Source of the DNA: the human T2T-CHM13v2.0 reference genome, Homo sapiens
DNA: 64,000 nt
Direction: 5' to 3' (one strand)
Assembly: GCF_009914755.1 (NCBI RefSeq)
Contig: NC_060935.1
The position numbers and the translations under genes were made by a program. Positions 27,124 to 40,060 of this stretch are shown in pieces; position 1 is the first letter of the stretch; each line of letters opens with the position of its first letter. The notes under the pieces are model-generated. The model was not told where the DNA came from. It worked only from the letters and a program-made list of their open reading frames with translations, and made no database searches.

Positions 27124-27535
27124 AGTCATAGTCAGGGTTCTTCAGAGAAAAAGGATAGGGTCTGTATATGTGTACACATACATATACCCAGATTTATTTC
27201 AGGAATTGGCTCATGTAATTGTAGAGGCTCGCTAGCATAACGTCTGCAAGGTAGGCTGAAATGCTGGTGACCCAGGAAAAAGTTGCCAATGCAGTCTGCT
27301 TTCAGAATTTCATTTTTTTTCTGGTGAACTCAGTCTTTTTATCCGTTAATACCTTTAAGTGATTGATTGGATGAGGCCCATTCACATTATGGAGGAAAAT
27401 CTGCTTTACTCAAGGTCTGCTGATTTAAATGTTAATCTCATGTAAAAATACCATCATGGAAACATCTAGCATATTGTTACTCCAAATATCTGGGTAGTGT
27501 GGCCTCACCAAGTTGAAAAATAAAAATCACCCCAG
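27124..27535 (-). mobile_element. MLT2D-like ERVL solo LTR
   Basis: agtcagggttcttcagagaaa...gattggatgaggcccattcacattatggagg...aatctgctttactcaaggtctgctgatttaaatgttaatc. Confidence 0.85.
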
Positions 27536-28252
27536 GAGGCAAGACTGTGATGCACAAATATTTAAAGCAAATATTAAGTAATTGACTAAAATTGTGGTTA
27601 CAATGTAATGCTAAAGGTTAGGAACACAGACAGAAAGGAAATAGTACTTAGAATTGATTAGAAATACATATACAGAGAAATATACTCCAAATTGGACCTT
27701 GGGACACAGGTGGGATTGTAACATAAAAGCTAAGTATATTCCATGTGTAATAGAGTGTTAGCAATGTGAAACCGATGGATTACTAATCTGGGCTAGGTAC
27801 TACCTGGGACTTCAAAAAGGGTATCATCTGATTGATTAAACCAGAGAATCAGTGGTATGTTTCAGAAAGGATCTATGAGTTATAAAATATATGATTAAGG
27901 CGAAACATTAACCATGGACTGAACGATCAGATTCACTATCTTATTAGCTTCCTGCAAAATAGATTGGGTGCTTATTATTTCATTTAATAGAGGAGAGCTC
28001 CTTGTGTGATAGATCTGCATCTACTAGTAGTATGAACAGTTAACAGTAACCTTCTTTATAGCAAGAGACTCCATTAACTCATCTATAAACTAGGAATACT
28101 TGCTTCATGGCTATTATAAAGCTAAATTTTAAATCATGTTATTTTGTTCATAATATTGATGGAGGGCATATTATGTTCTAGGCAGTATACTATTTGCTAG
28201 ACATAAAAGAACAAACAAGAGACAGTCATTCCTTTATGTAAAATGTTATCTA

Positions 28253-28309
<57 letters not shown>
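28253..28309. repeat. (TG)5(TA)23 microsatellite
   Basis: Read directly from the sequence. Confidence 0.97.
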
Positions 28310-28311
<2 letters not shown>

Positions 28312-29191
28312 TGCAGCAGTAGAGTGCCTATAATAGAAAATTAATAGCAGACAACTATGATTAATGCAGATTGTGTTAATGTTTTCCTCACTCTGTATAC
28401 AGACACATAATATGTTTATATATACTTACACACATACAAGTGCAATCTGAAATGCTTCCATTCTTGACCTCCTTTAGGTGTTACAAAGTTACCTTCAAAG
28501 TACAAAAATATTTTCAAGCTAAATAGTTCTATCACAGAACCAAACCTGATGAAAAATCACAGAGCCTGACATTGATTTAATACCCAATCTTGCCCTGGGG
28601 TGTATGAATCACATTGCAGTGTGTTTTAGAAAAATGAGTAGTACATTTATGAGTCAGACTTTGGAGAGAGGTTGTCTTAGACAAGCAAATGTGATTCCTC
28701 TAATGCAAAATTTAGAAATGACTGCATAGAGAACATGTCCTAAAGACTTTGCATTCAGACAGGTTGTATTCCCTTGGAACACAGCACGTGGGAAACTTCA
28801 GCCCAGCAGTGTGTGAACAGTATACTTCTCCTTTTCAGGTATAGCTGTCATTGCTCTGCTGTGGTTTGACTACACAGGGGACACAGAACACTGACCTTAA
28901 ACATTTGTTGATAAACCTGAGTTTCCTTTGACACTTATTGTGGGGTCCCTGCGACTATGATATGATATAATCAGATGAGAATTTAACACACATACTGCTG
29001 GCATTTGTCAAGCCTATTTCTATTAGGACCATAATTACCAATTATATTACGTGGCGGAGAAAGCAATGTTCTGACTGGTTACTTATGTGTAAAATGCACC
29101 AGTGCCTTTCCCACCTAAAGGTTTTTTTTCTCCTGGATATATTTTTATTGGAGATAGCTGTTGCCACAATCCACCTGTAGCTACTTACCTT

Positions 29192-29375
29192 TATGGGTTT
29201 AAATCACGACTTTAACCCTCAGAAGCTCTGAAATATCTGCCAAGTTGTTGAATGTACTGATACCATCTATATAATGGGAGTAATTATCCCAGGGTTGCTG
29301 GGAAAATTATACACAAGATTTTAAAATTGTGTCTGGCACAAAGTAACTGCTCACAAAATAGTAGATAATTTATTA
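29192..29375 (+). mobile_element. MIR SINE
   Basis: tgggtttaaatc...catctatataatgggagtaattatcccagggttgctg...gtgtctggcacaaagtaactgctca. Confidence 0.7.
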
Positions 29376-29699
29376 GTTTTGGGGAGTTGGGGTAGGACAG
29401 TAATATTTAAATGGTAGACATCTGAGATTTCTGAGATTTAGATAAAATTGTATAGTTCTTATAGGCAAAGTGCACGCACAATTTTGAGGATTTCAGGAGA
29501 CGCTAAATGAAAAACCTTTTCATCCTTGAGTAGCTATGGTAAGGATGCAAATTGTTGAAAAATTTTGACATTTCGTTGTATTATTTAAGTAAAATCCATA
29601 TTACTGAGGATATCCATGTAACTATAAAAGTGATGTCATGATCAAAATCACATATATAATTTTTTTTCTACTTTATTTGTGTACTTAGGAATACACTGC

Positions 29700-31310
29700 A
29701 GGAAAGTGCTTTTGGAAAGAAGACCTCTGAAAATCTTTTTCTTAATATGGAACTGGGGAAACTACCCCAAGATTTGCAACAATCTGAAGCATTTTACTCA
29801 AGAAAATGGCTGACTCTTGGTAAGAACAGTGAGCTTTGTGGCATTTTAACTTACCCTCTACCCATGTCCTCTACCCAGCTCTGCAGTAACATTGACAACC
29901 GACAGGCATACCACCCTGGTAGCTATGAACATTAGCCTTCTAAAAGTCACTAGAGGGATTAGAATAGGTTTCATAAAATACACCAATGCTCTTTCTACTT
30001 AAAGTTTTTTATCCTGGGGATGACTGTTGCTGCAGGCTCCAGAGCACAATCTGCCTCAAAGTACTTACCTTTATGGGTTTAATTCACACCTTAGGGCTTG
30101 ATCTCTTAGAGGACTGTCACCATTTGTCCTGACAATTACTCTGGAGAAGTCCATTCTCTGTGATAGTCTTTATCTAACCCCAGGGCATAGTCAGAAAACA
30201 ATTAGTGGCAAATGTTTACAACTGCATCTACCTAAGTTTAGGACCACCAGACTACAAAGGAAAAACTAGCAAATTAGGTGTTAATGGGGCTTTGAAAACT
30301 TCCCATATATTTCTGGTAATACAGAAGTCCCCTTGCATGTTCAGGGCATTTAAGGAGATCTCTGACCAATCACTAGTTTATCTCTAAGCTAATGAGTGAC
30401 TCCTATGGCTAAATATGAAAGAGAATAGCCCAGGAAAATCATTAAACAAACCTTGGGGTAGCTGGTTTGATTAGGAGAAAGAAACACACATGAGAGAACC
30501 AGGAAATTATGGCACTTACAAAAAATAAAAAAGCAATCAGTAGAAACTGATCCCAAGGAAGGCAAATATTAAAATTACTAGTCATTTACTTAAAATTGGC
30601 TAATATAAATATATGCGAAGAACTAAATGAACCATTCTTAATATCTATGGAAGGATTGAGATGATGTCTATCAAAATAGAACACATCAATAGAGATTATT
30701 TAAAAACAGAATAGAAATTCTGGAGTTAAACTAGAATAAGGAGCCTAAGAATATTTGAAGCAAAAATGACCACAAACTTCCAAAACCTGGAAAAATTAAC
30801 ACATCAACGCTCAGACAACTCTAACTTGGATAAACTCCAAGAAATGCAAACTTAGACAAATCATAGTTGAACTTTGAAAAACAAAACAGAAATAGACTCT
30901 TGAAATCAGGAAGAGAGAGGTGAGTCATCACATAAAAATGGCTTAAAATAGATTAATATAGCCAACTTTGAGAAAAACTATGGAACCCAGAACACAGTGG
31001 AATGACATATTCAAAGTGCTAACAAACAGAAAAAGGCTCAAAACAAGGCAAAAGAAATACTTCCAATATAAAAGAAAAACAAAACAACAAGAAAAATGTG
31101 AGAGAATTCGGCAATACCAGTCTTTACAAGAAGTATTGAAGTTTATCAGGCTGAAGTAAAAGGAAGGTAAAATAATTGCCATGAATATGAAGCAGTGCTA
31201 GAAATAACTACATAGGTGAATATGAAAGATGGTATTTTTGTAGAAATTTTTTCTACCTGATTTTAAAAAACAATTGCATAAAACAACAGACGATAAATTT
31301 TGGGTTGGGG
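29700..31310 (+). mobile_element. Old L1M (MC/MD-type) 5'UTR and ORF1 remnant
   Basis: ggtaagaacagtgagctttgtggcattttaacttaccct 5' motif; ORF1 remnant RTQWNDIFKVL (ORF 30968-31159). Confidence 0.75.
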
Positions 31311-32455
31311 ATAGATATTGCAAGATTGCAGAGTAAGACTTCATAGACTTTATACCTTGAATACCCCTAGAGTAGTAGCAACTTGAATCACTGCCTGCAT
31401 GTAAAATATACTTTCATAAGAGCTAAATGAACCAGATGAGAGATCACAGCATCTAGATGTAGAACATAAATAAGAAAAAAAATGCATTGAACACAGGAGA
31501 AAGAAGAGTTTTTACATTGTCCCTGTTACCCCTTTCCTGACCAGCAGCACAATTTGAAAACAGACACCCTTCATTCCCCAAGGAGACAGAAATGAGCACA
31601 AGACTTTGCCTTGGACTTCTACACCAGGACTGCCCCAGACCCTAAGCTGTTACCCACAGATGGAGCCTCCAGGATGGCCCCAGCAAGAGGCCATATCCAA
31701 TGACAGTTTTCACAGAAACAAAGTCACATGGAACCATAAAGTCCCTGAATTCCCACAACAATTTTCAGTAAAAGAACAAACCAGAGGCATTGCAAACATT
31801 ATTTGACTTCAAGTATACCACAAAGCTATGGTAATCAAAACATCGTGGTGATGGTATAGAAATAGGCACCAGTAGAATAGAGAACCTGGAAATAAAACTA
31901 CATATTTACAGTCATGTGATGATGCCAAGAACAGACAATGGAGATAAGACAGTCTCTTCAGTGAACTGCGTGGAGACAAATGGATATCCATGTGCTGAAA
32001 AATGAAATTGCACCCTCTCTCACACCATATTAAAAAATCAACTTGAAAGGAATTTAAAGATGAAATTTTTATATGTACTTAATATGCATTATCTTGTTTA
32101 CAAATGTTTTATATTTACTTTAAAAATATATGTACATATTAAGTACATATAAAACATTTATAAACAAAGGAATTTAAAGATGAAACAAAAAGCTAAAACT
32201 ATTGGAATAAAACATAGAGAAATAGCTTCTTGACACTCGTTTGGACAATAATTTTTTAGATATGGCCCCCACCTCACAAGCAACAAAAACAAACATAGAC
32301 AAATGGGACTAAATCAACTAGAAAGCTTCTGCACAAGTAAGGAAACAATCAACAGAGTGAAGAGACATGGGGTTAATATCTAAAATATAAGAACTCAACA
32401 GAAAGAAAACAAATAACAATTAAAAATCAACCAAGAACTTGAAGAGACAACAAAC
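31311..32455 (+). mobile_element. L1MA-type 5'UTR piece fused to an ORF2 3' piece
   Basis: 5'UTR-like 31311-31710, then ORF2 remnant (gacttcaagtataccacaaagctatggtaatcaaaac...agcttctgcacaagtaaggaaacaatcaacagagtgaagagac). Confidence 0.7.
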
Positions 32456-33866
32456 GGGCAAGACCCAGGTACTACTACATCGAGGGTCTTGGTGAGCCTT
32501 GAGACTTTCTGGCTTCCGGTAAGACTCAGCATATGACCAGCATGGTGGCTATGGGGTAAAACTCCCCCTGCTTAAGAAAAGCAGACAGAAAGTAAAGGGG
32601 ACCTTGTCTTGCACCTTAGGTATGAACACCACTACAGAAGGGCAGAGCACCAAGCAGGTTCTTGGGGTTCCCGATTTCAGAACTTGACTCTTGGGTGACC
32701 TTTCTGGATCTTCCCTGGGCCAGATGGGAGCCCACTGCCCTGAAGGGTGAGTTCCAGGCCAAAAAGTATTCACAAGCTGACTTAAAAGACCTTGGGCATT
32801 AGGTAAACATTGGTGGTAGTCTGGTAGTACTCTTCATGGCCAGGGATGGTGGTGGCTACCGGGTAAGGCTCATTTGCCTTGGATCAAAAAAAAAAAGAAA
32901 GGTGGAGATCAAACTCAGCTGACAGCTGCACACAGTACAGTAGAATACCAGGTAGAGTTCTAAAATGTTTGACTTCAGTTGCTGACTCCCAGATGGCCCT
33001 TCTAGACACACCTGAGGCTGAAGGGAACCTCACTGCTCCAAAGTGAAGGACACAGGCTGGTGTGCCTTTGCCACCTGCTGACTATAGAACCCCAGGGCCT
33101 TCACTGAACATAGGTGTTGGCCACGGAGTAGTTAAAGCAGGCCTTGGGTGAGACCCAGTGAAGTCACAGTAGGGGGCGGTCTCAGGTGTGCTTGTGTCAC
33201 TCCATCCCAAGCTTGAGGTGGCTCAGAACAGACAGGCTCTATGTTTGGGAGTAAGGGAAGAAAAGTCTCTGTGTGATCATTGTGAGAATTCTCCCAGATA
33301 TTGTCCAAGACCATCAAGGTGGTACCTCTGTGAGTCTGCAAGAACCACAGCATTACTGAGCTTGGGGTGCTCTCTGAAGCATCTCAAGTCTAGATCATGA
33401 CACTCAAGTCCAGACAAATAGCCAGAAAGCTTTCCCAATAATGATGGCTACAAATAAACCCAGACAGTGAAGACTACAATAAATACCTAACTCTTCAATG
33501 CCCAGACACCAAAAGAACATCTGCTAGCATCAACACCATTCAGGAAAACATGACTTCAACAAATGAACTAAATAAGGCACCAAGGTCAAATCCTGGAGTA
33601 ACAATGATATATAGCCTTTCAACAGAAAATTCAAAATAGCTGCATTGAAGAAACACAAAGAAATTCAAGGTAACACAAAGACAGAATTCATATTTTGATC
33701 AGATAAATTCAATGGAGATTGAAGTAAAAGAAGCAGAAATTCTGGAGTTGAAAAATGCAATTGGCATACTGAAGAATGCATCAGAGTTCCTTAATAGCAG
33801 AATTGATCAAACAGAAAAAATCAGTTTGAAGATAGGCTATTTGAAAAAAGAAAAAACAATGAAACA
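32456..33866 (+). mobile_element. L1MA1-3-type 5'UTR and ORF1 start (continues at about 39175-40060)
   Basis: ggggaccttgtcttgcaccttagg 5'UTR motif; ctcttcaatgcccagacacc ORF1 start; ORF1 resumes after the L1PA insertion at aatgaagcactcctacaggatctagaaaatagc. Confidence 0.85.
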
Positions 33867-36800
33867 TTAAGGGGCAAGATGACTTACTAGACGCAACCAA
33901 GTGGAACAGCTCCCACACAGGGACTGAGACAACAGGCATATCTCTAACAAACATGACTGCTAGGCAGAGAGTAGACAGAAGGAAGACACAGAAGCTGGGC
34001 TGAATGTGGAGAAAGCTGGGAACCCTGCATGGGGCTATCACACATGAGGACTTGTTCCTGGCTCCAGGAGAACGAGTGAGTTGAACTGTGAAGGAGCAGC
34101 TGACTCTCACTGCAGGCCTCTGGAACCTTCACAGAAAGAGGCCCCTTGATCACCCACAGACACTCAAGTTGGCAGGGACAGATGCTTAGAGAAGTGGTAG
34201 GGGCAGCAAGCCAGCTGATGTAAAGTCCAGAGCATTTGGTACAGGAATGTCTACAGTCAAGCTCAGCCAGAACTGGCCATCGCCCTATGCTTGACTTGCT
34301 CCCGTAGGAGACTTTTGCCCTAGGGGAACTGTCAGACCTGATTTATACTGGGCAGTTTTGCCCATGAGATGGGGCTGGTTGGACCTGCGAACGCTTCGCT
34401 CTGCTGGCTTCTCCTGGAGTCCCAGCATAGCCATGCCTGGTTGCTGGGCAGTCGTGCTTTCCCTTGGGTGGTGGGCAGGGTGGGGGCACTGCACCGTAGT
34501 TTCTGCACTGGTAGACCATGCCCAACTGACAGAGCTCCAGCGGGGCAGCTCCGCATATTGCTTTGCTGGTGTTTGTCTGCATGGGCAGGTTTTGCTTTCC
34601 TTGCCCCATCTACCCCCTGCAGATGAAGCCTTGGCAGGCACAGAGCCAGCCATCTAGCCCCGTACCCACCAGCACCCCACCACTGTGCTAACAATGCACA
34701 GAGAACAGTAGATCCTCCCCAACTCGGAGAGATCACTCCTGTTTATGAGGCACAAAAAAGGTACCCAGACGTGCACCTGCCAGCACATTGCCCCCAAGCC
34801 AACACCACCTCCAGTGTGCCCACACACACAGTTTCCAGTAGGGGACCTCTATTTTGCCCCCGGCTGTGTTGCTTCCACCACTGGGGTGAACTCCCTCAGA
34901 AAGGCAGGCACCTCAGCACCCACTAGCACTCTTCTGCAGCTGCCACACCTCGTCCCCTCAGCACAGTGGATTCCTAATCTCAAGGAGCCAGAGAACAATG
35001 TCGGGGACTAATACAAGTGTCCCAGAGTTAGAGCACACAGTCCAGAAGTTGGGAGCTGAGCCTCGGCCCAATAAAATCTTCCCAAAACAAAGCCAGTCAG
35101 TTGAATCCATCTTATACCACAATCAAATTCTCAAGGTTATCAAATAGGATAACCTTTGAGGTCAGCGACCTCAAAGATTAAAGGTAAACTCACAAAGATG
35201 AGAATCCACACAAGAACCCTGAAAAGTCCAAAAGCAACCAAATGACTGCATCACTTCTCCAGCAAGAGGTCTGAACCAGCCTAATATGGCTGAAATGACA
35301 CAAATAGAATTCAGAATATGGATATGAATTAAGATCATTGAGCTACAGGAGTACATTGAAATCTAATACAAGGAAGATAAAGATTATGATAAAAAATGAA
35401 GAAACTGACAAAATGAAATAGCCAGTATAGAAAAGAATGTAACTAACCTGAGAGAGCTGAAAAACACACTACAATCACTCTTAATGCAACCAATTACGAG
35501 TATTAGTAACAGAATAGACAAAGCAGAGGAAATAATCTGAGCTTAAAGACTGGCTTTCTGAAATAACACAGACAATAACAGAGAAGGAATGAAATGGAAT
35601 TAAGAAACCTCTAAGAAATATAAGATTATGTAAAGAGACCAACTCTATGACTGATTGGTGTCCCTGTAAGAGATAAGGAGAAGGGGAAAATAATCGGAAA
35701 ACGTATTTCAGGATATCATTCCTGAGAACTTCCTCAACCTAGCTAGAGAGGCCAGCATTCAAATGGAGGAAATGCAGAGAATCCCAGTAAGATACTCTAC
35801 AAGAAGATCATCCTCAAGACGCATAATCTTCAAATTATGTAAGGTATAAAAAAAATGTTAAAGGCTGCTAGAGAGAAAAGCCAGGTCACCTTCAATGGGA
35901 AGCCCATCAGACTTACAGTGGAACTCTCAGCTGAAACCCTAAAAAGCAGAGGAGATTGGGGGCCAATATTAAACATCCTTGAAGAAAAGAAATTCCAATC
36001 CAGAATTTTATATCTGGCCAAACTAAGCTTCATAAGTGAAGGAGAAATAAGATCCCTTTCATACAAGCAAATGCTGAGGGAATTCATTACCACTAGACCT
36101 GCCTTACAAGAGGTCATGAAGCAAGCACTAAATATGGAAAGGAAAGACCATTACCAGCCAGTACAAAAGCACACTGAAGTACACAGACCAGTGTCACTAT
36201 AAAGCAACCACGTAAGTGTGCAAAATAACCAGCTAACATCATGATGCCAGGATCAAATATACACACATCAATACAAACCTTACATGTAAATAAATAGGCT
36301 AAATGTCCCAATTCAAAGACAGAGTGGTGAGCTGGATAAAGGATCAAGACCCATTGGTATGCTGTCTTCAACAGACCCATCTCACATACAATGACACACA
36401 TAAGCTCAAAATAAAGAGGTGGAGAAAATGAATACATTCCTGGACAACTGCACCCTCCCAAGAATGAACCAGGAAGAAATTGAAACCCTGAAGAGACCAA
36501 TAATGGGCTCTGAAATTGAGCCAGTAATAAATAGCCTAACCACAAAAAAGCCCAGGAGCTTATGGATTCACAGCTGAATTCTACCACATGCAGAAAGAAG
36601 TGCAGGTACCATTCCTGCTAAAACTATTTTAAAAAAATGAGGAGGAGACTCCTCCCTAATTCTTTCTATCATGTAACCATCATCCTCATAGTGAAACCTG
36701 GCAGCGAGACAACAAAAAAAGACAAGGCCAGCATCCTTTATGAACACTGATGCAAAAATCCTCAATCCAATATTAGCAGAATAAATCTAACAGAACTTCA

Positions 36801-39135
36801 AATAACTTATGTATCACAATCAAATAGGCTTTATCTCTGGGATGCAAGGTTGGTTCAACATACACAAATCAATAAGTTTGATTCATCACATTAACAGAAC
36901 TGAAGACAAAAACCACATGATTACTTTAACAGATGCAGAAAAGACTTGATAAAATTAAACGCTTCTTTATGTTTAAAACTATCAATAAACTAGGTATTGA
37001 AGAGACATACCTCAAAATCCCAGCCATTTATGACAAACACAGCCATCATCATACAGAATAGGCAAAAGCTGGGAGCATTCCCCTTGAAAGCTGGCACAAC
37101 ACAAGGATGCCCTCTCTCACCGATCCTATTTAATACAGTTTTGGAGGTCCTGGCCAGGGCAATCAGGAAAGTGAAAGAAATAAATGCCATCCAAATGGGA
37201 AGAGAGGAATCATACTATCTGTTTGGAAATGACATAGTCTTATATCTAGGAGACTACATGGTTTGGCGCAAAAGCTCCCGAAGCTAATAAACAACTTTAG
37301 CAGAGTCTCAGGATACAAAGTCAATGTGCCAAAATGACTAACATTGCAATACATAAACAACAGTTAAGCCAAGAGCCAAATCAGAAATGCCATCCCATTC
37401 ACAATTGCCACAAAAAAGAAGAAAATTCCTAGGAATACAGGTAACTATGGAGGTAAAAGAGCTCTACAATGAGAACTAAAGAACACTGCTCAAAGAAGTC
37501 GGAGATGACACAAACACATGAAAAAACATTCCATGCTTATGGCTAGGAAGAATCTGTATCATTAAAATGGCTATACTGCCCAAAGAAATGTACAGATTCA
37601 ATGCTATTCCTGTTAACCTACCATTGAGATACTTCAGAACTAGAAAAAAACTAGAACATAACTAGAAAAAAAAAAAAACTATTTTAAAATTCGCATGGAA
37701 CCAAAAGAATCCCAAATAGCAAAGGCAAGCTTAAGCAAAAAGAACAAAGCTGGAGGCATTGTGCTACCTGACTTCAAACTACACTGCAGGGGCATAGTAA
37801 CCAAAACAGTATGGTACTGATACAAAAACAGATATGTAGACCAATGGAACAGCATAGAGATCTCAGAAGTAAGGCTGCACACATACAACTATCTGATCTT
37901 CGACGAATCTGACAAAAACAAACAATGGAGGAAGAATTCCCAATAAGTGGTGCTGAGGTAACTGGCCAGAAGATTGAAACTGGACCCCATCCTTACACCA
38001 TATACAAAAATAAACTCAAGATGGATTAAAAACTTAAATGTAAAACCCAAAGTTATAAAAACCCTGGGAGATAACCATTCTGGACATATAAATTGGGCAA
38101 AGATTTCATGACAAAGACACCAAAAGCAATTGCAACAAAAGCAAAAATCTAATTAAAGAGCTTCTGCACAGCAAAAGAAACTATTAACAGAGTTAACAGA
38201 CAACCTACAGAATGGGAGAAAACTGTTGCAAACTATGCATATGACAGAGATCTAATATCCAGCATTGGTGTGGAACTTAATCAAATTTACAAGAAAAATA
38301 CAATCCCATTAAAAAGTGGGCAAAGAACATGGACATTTTTCAAAAGAAGGCATACATGCAGCCAACAAGCATATGGAAAAAAGCTCAACATGGTCAATTC
38401 TTAGAGAAATGCAAATGAAAACTACAAAGAAATATCATCTCATACCAGTCAGAACGGCTATTATTAAAAAGTCAAAAAACAACATGCTGGCATGGTTTCA
38501 GAGAAGAAGGAATGCTTATACACTGTTGGTGGGAATCTAAATTAGTTCAACCATTGTGGAAGAGAGTGTGGCTATTCCTCAAAGAATTAAAAGCAGAAAT
38601 ACCATTCGACCCACCCATCCCATGACTAGGTATATACCTCCCCCTAAAAAAAAAACATAAATTTTTCTATTATAAAGACACATGCATGCATATGTTCATT
38701 GCAACAATATTCACAACAGGACAGACATGGAATCAACCTAAATGCCCATTAATGGTAGAATTGATAAAATGTGGTACATATACACCATGTAATATTATGC
38801 AACTATGAAATAGAATGCAATCATGTCTTTTGCAGGGACATGGATGGAACTGGAGGCCATTATCCTGAGTAAACTAACACAGAAACAGAAAATCAAATAC
38901 TGTATGTTCTCACTTATCAGTAGAAGCTAAATGATGGGAACCCTTGGACACATAGAGGGAACAACACACACTGGCATTGACCAGGAAGTGGAGGGTGGGT
39001 GGAGGGAAATAATCAAAAAAATAACTAATGGATACTAGGCTTAATATCTGAGTGACAAAACAGTCTGTACAATTAACCCCCATGATGCAAGTTTACCCAT
39101 ATAACAAACTTTTCTATGTACCCCTAAACTTAAAA
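33867..39135 (+). mobile_element. Near full-length L1PA13-15-like LINE with an internal ORF2 deletion
   Basis: GC-rich 5'UTR; ORF1 C-terminus (ORF 35855-36202 GKPIRLTVELSAETL...REFITTRPALQE); ORF2 ATG at about 36241; EN-to-RT jump at about 36425; RT remnants ([11 protein letters not shown]); 3'UTR; TSD-like aaaa(g)caatgaa(a/g)ca. Confidence 0.92.
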
Positions 39136-39174
39136 TTTCAATACCAGCACTTACACAAACACATGTAAAAGAGG

Positions 39175-40060
39175 AAAAGCAATGAAGCACTCCTACAGGA
39201 TCTAGAAAATAGCATTACTAAAAGATCAAGAAAATAGCCTCAAAAACGCACATCTGAGAGTTACTGGCCTTAAGGGGGAGGTAAAGAAAGAGGAAGGGTA
39301 GAAAATTTATTCTAAGGATAAAAACAGATAACTTTCAAAACGTAGAGAAAGAGATCAATAAGTACAAGAAGGTTATAAACCACCAAGCAGATTTAACCCA
39401 AAGACGACTACCTCTAAGCATTCAGTTATCACACTCCAAAAGGTCAAAAATGAAGAAAGAATACTAAAACCTGCAAAAGAAAAGAAACAAATAATATACA
39501 GTGGAGCAGCAGACTTTTCAGCAGAAACTTTACAAGGCAAGGAAAGAGTGTCAACATATTTAAAGTGTTGAAGGAATAAAAAAACAATATTTTACCCTAG
39601 AATAGTATATCTGGCAAAAATATGGTTCAAACATGAAATAAAGACTTTGCCAGACAAACAAAAGCTGAGGGTTTATCTATACTTGACCTGTTCCACAATA
39701 AATGCTAAATGGAGTATTTCAATCAGAAAAGGAAACTCATGAACAATAATCATCTGAAAGTACAAAACTTACAGATAATAGTAAGTACACAGAAAGTCAC
39801 AGAAAATTATAACACTGTAACTGTGGTGTGTAAACTAGTCTTCTCCTAAGTAGAAGGACTAAACAGATCAAAAATAATGACTAGGACTACTTTTCAAGAC
39901 ATATTACAATAAAATAGAAAAAACACAAGGCAAGTTTTTATTAGTTTTCTTATTTCTTGTTTGTTTATGCAAATAGTATTATTAGAAGGTTAAAATAAGT
40001 TATAAGATAGTATTTACAAGCCTCATGATGTCTCAAACCACAAAACATGCAATACATGAT
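39175..40060 (+). mobile_element. L1MA1-3-type ORF1 remainder and inter-ORF region
   Basis: Colinear continuation of 32456-33866; ttttaccctagaatagtatatctggcaaaaat and gtggtgtgtaaacta motifs. Confidence 0.85.

Noticed and set aside
29181-29192. tacttacct, resembling the U1 snRNA 5' end
   Set aside because: The downstream sequence does not match U1; it is only an antisense splice-donor motif.
33781-35011. Cluster of overlapping 85-134 aa ORFs on both strands
   Set aside because: They lie in the GC-rich L1PA 5'UTR, where stops are rarer. No recognisable protein, and no evidence they correspond to ORF0.
39199-39238. 15-bp direct repeat gatc(t/a)agaaaatagc with a 10-bp filler (similar: 9056-9082, 37636-37670)
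   Set aside because: These are ordinary micro-duplications within decayed repeats.
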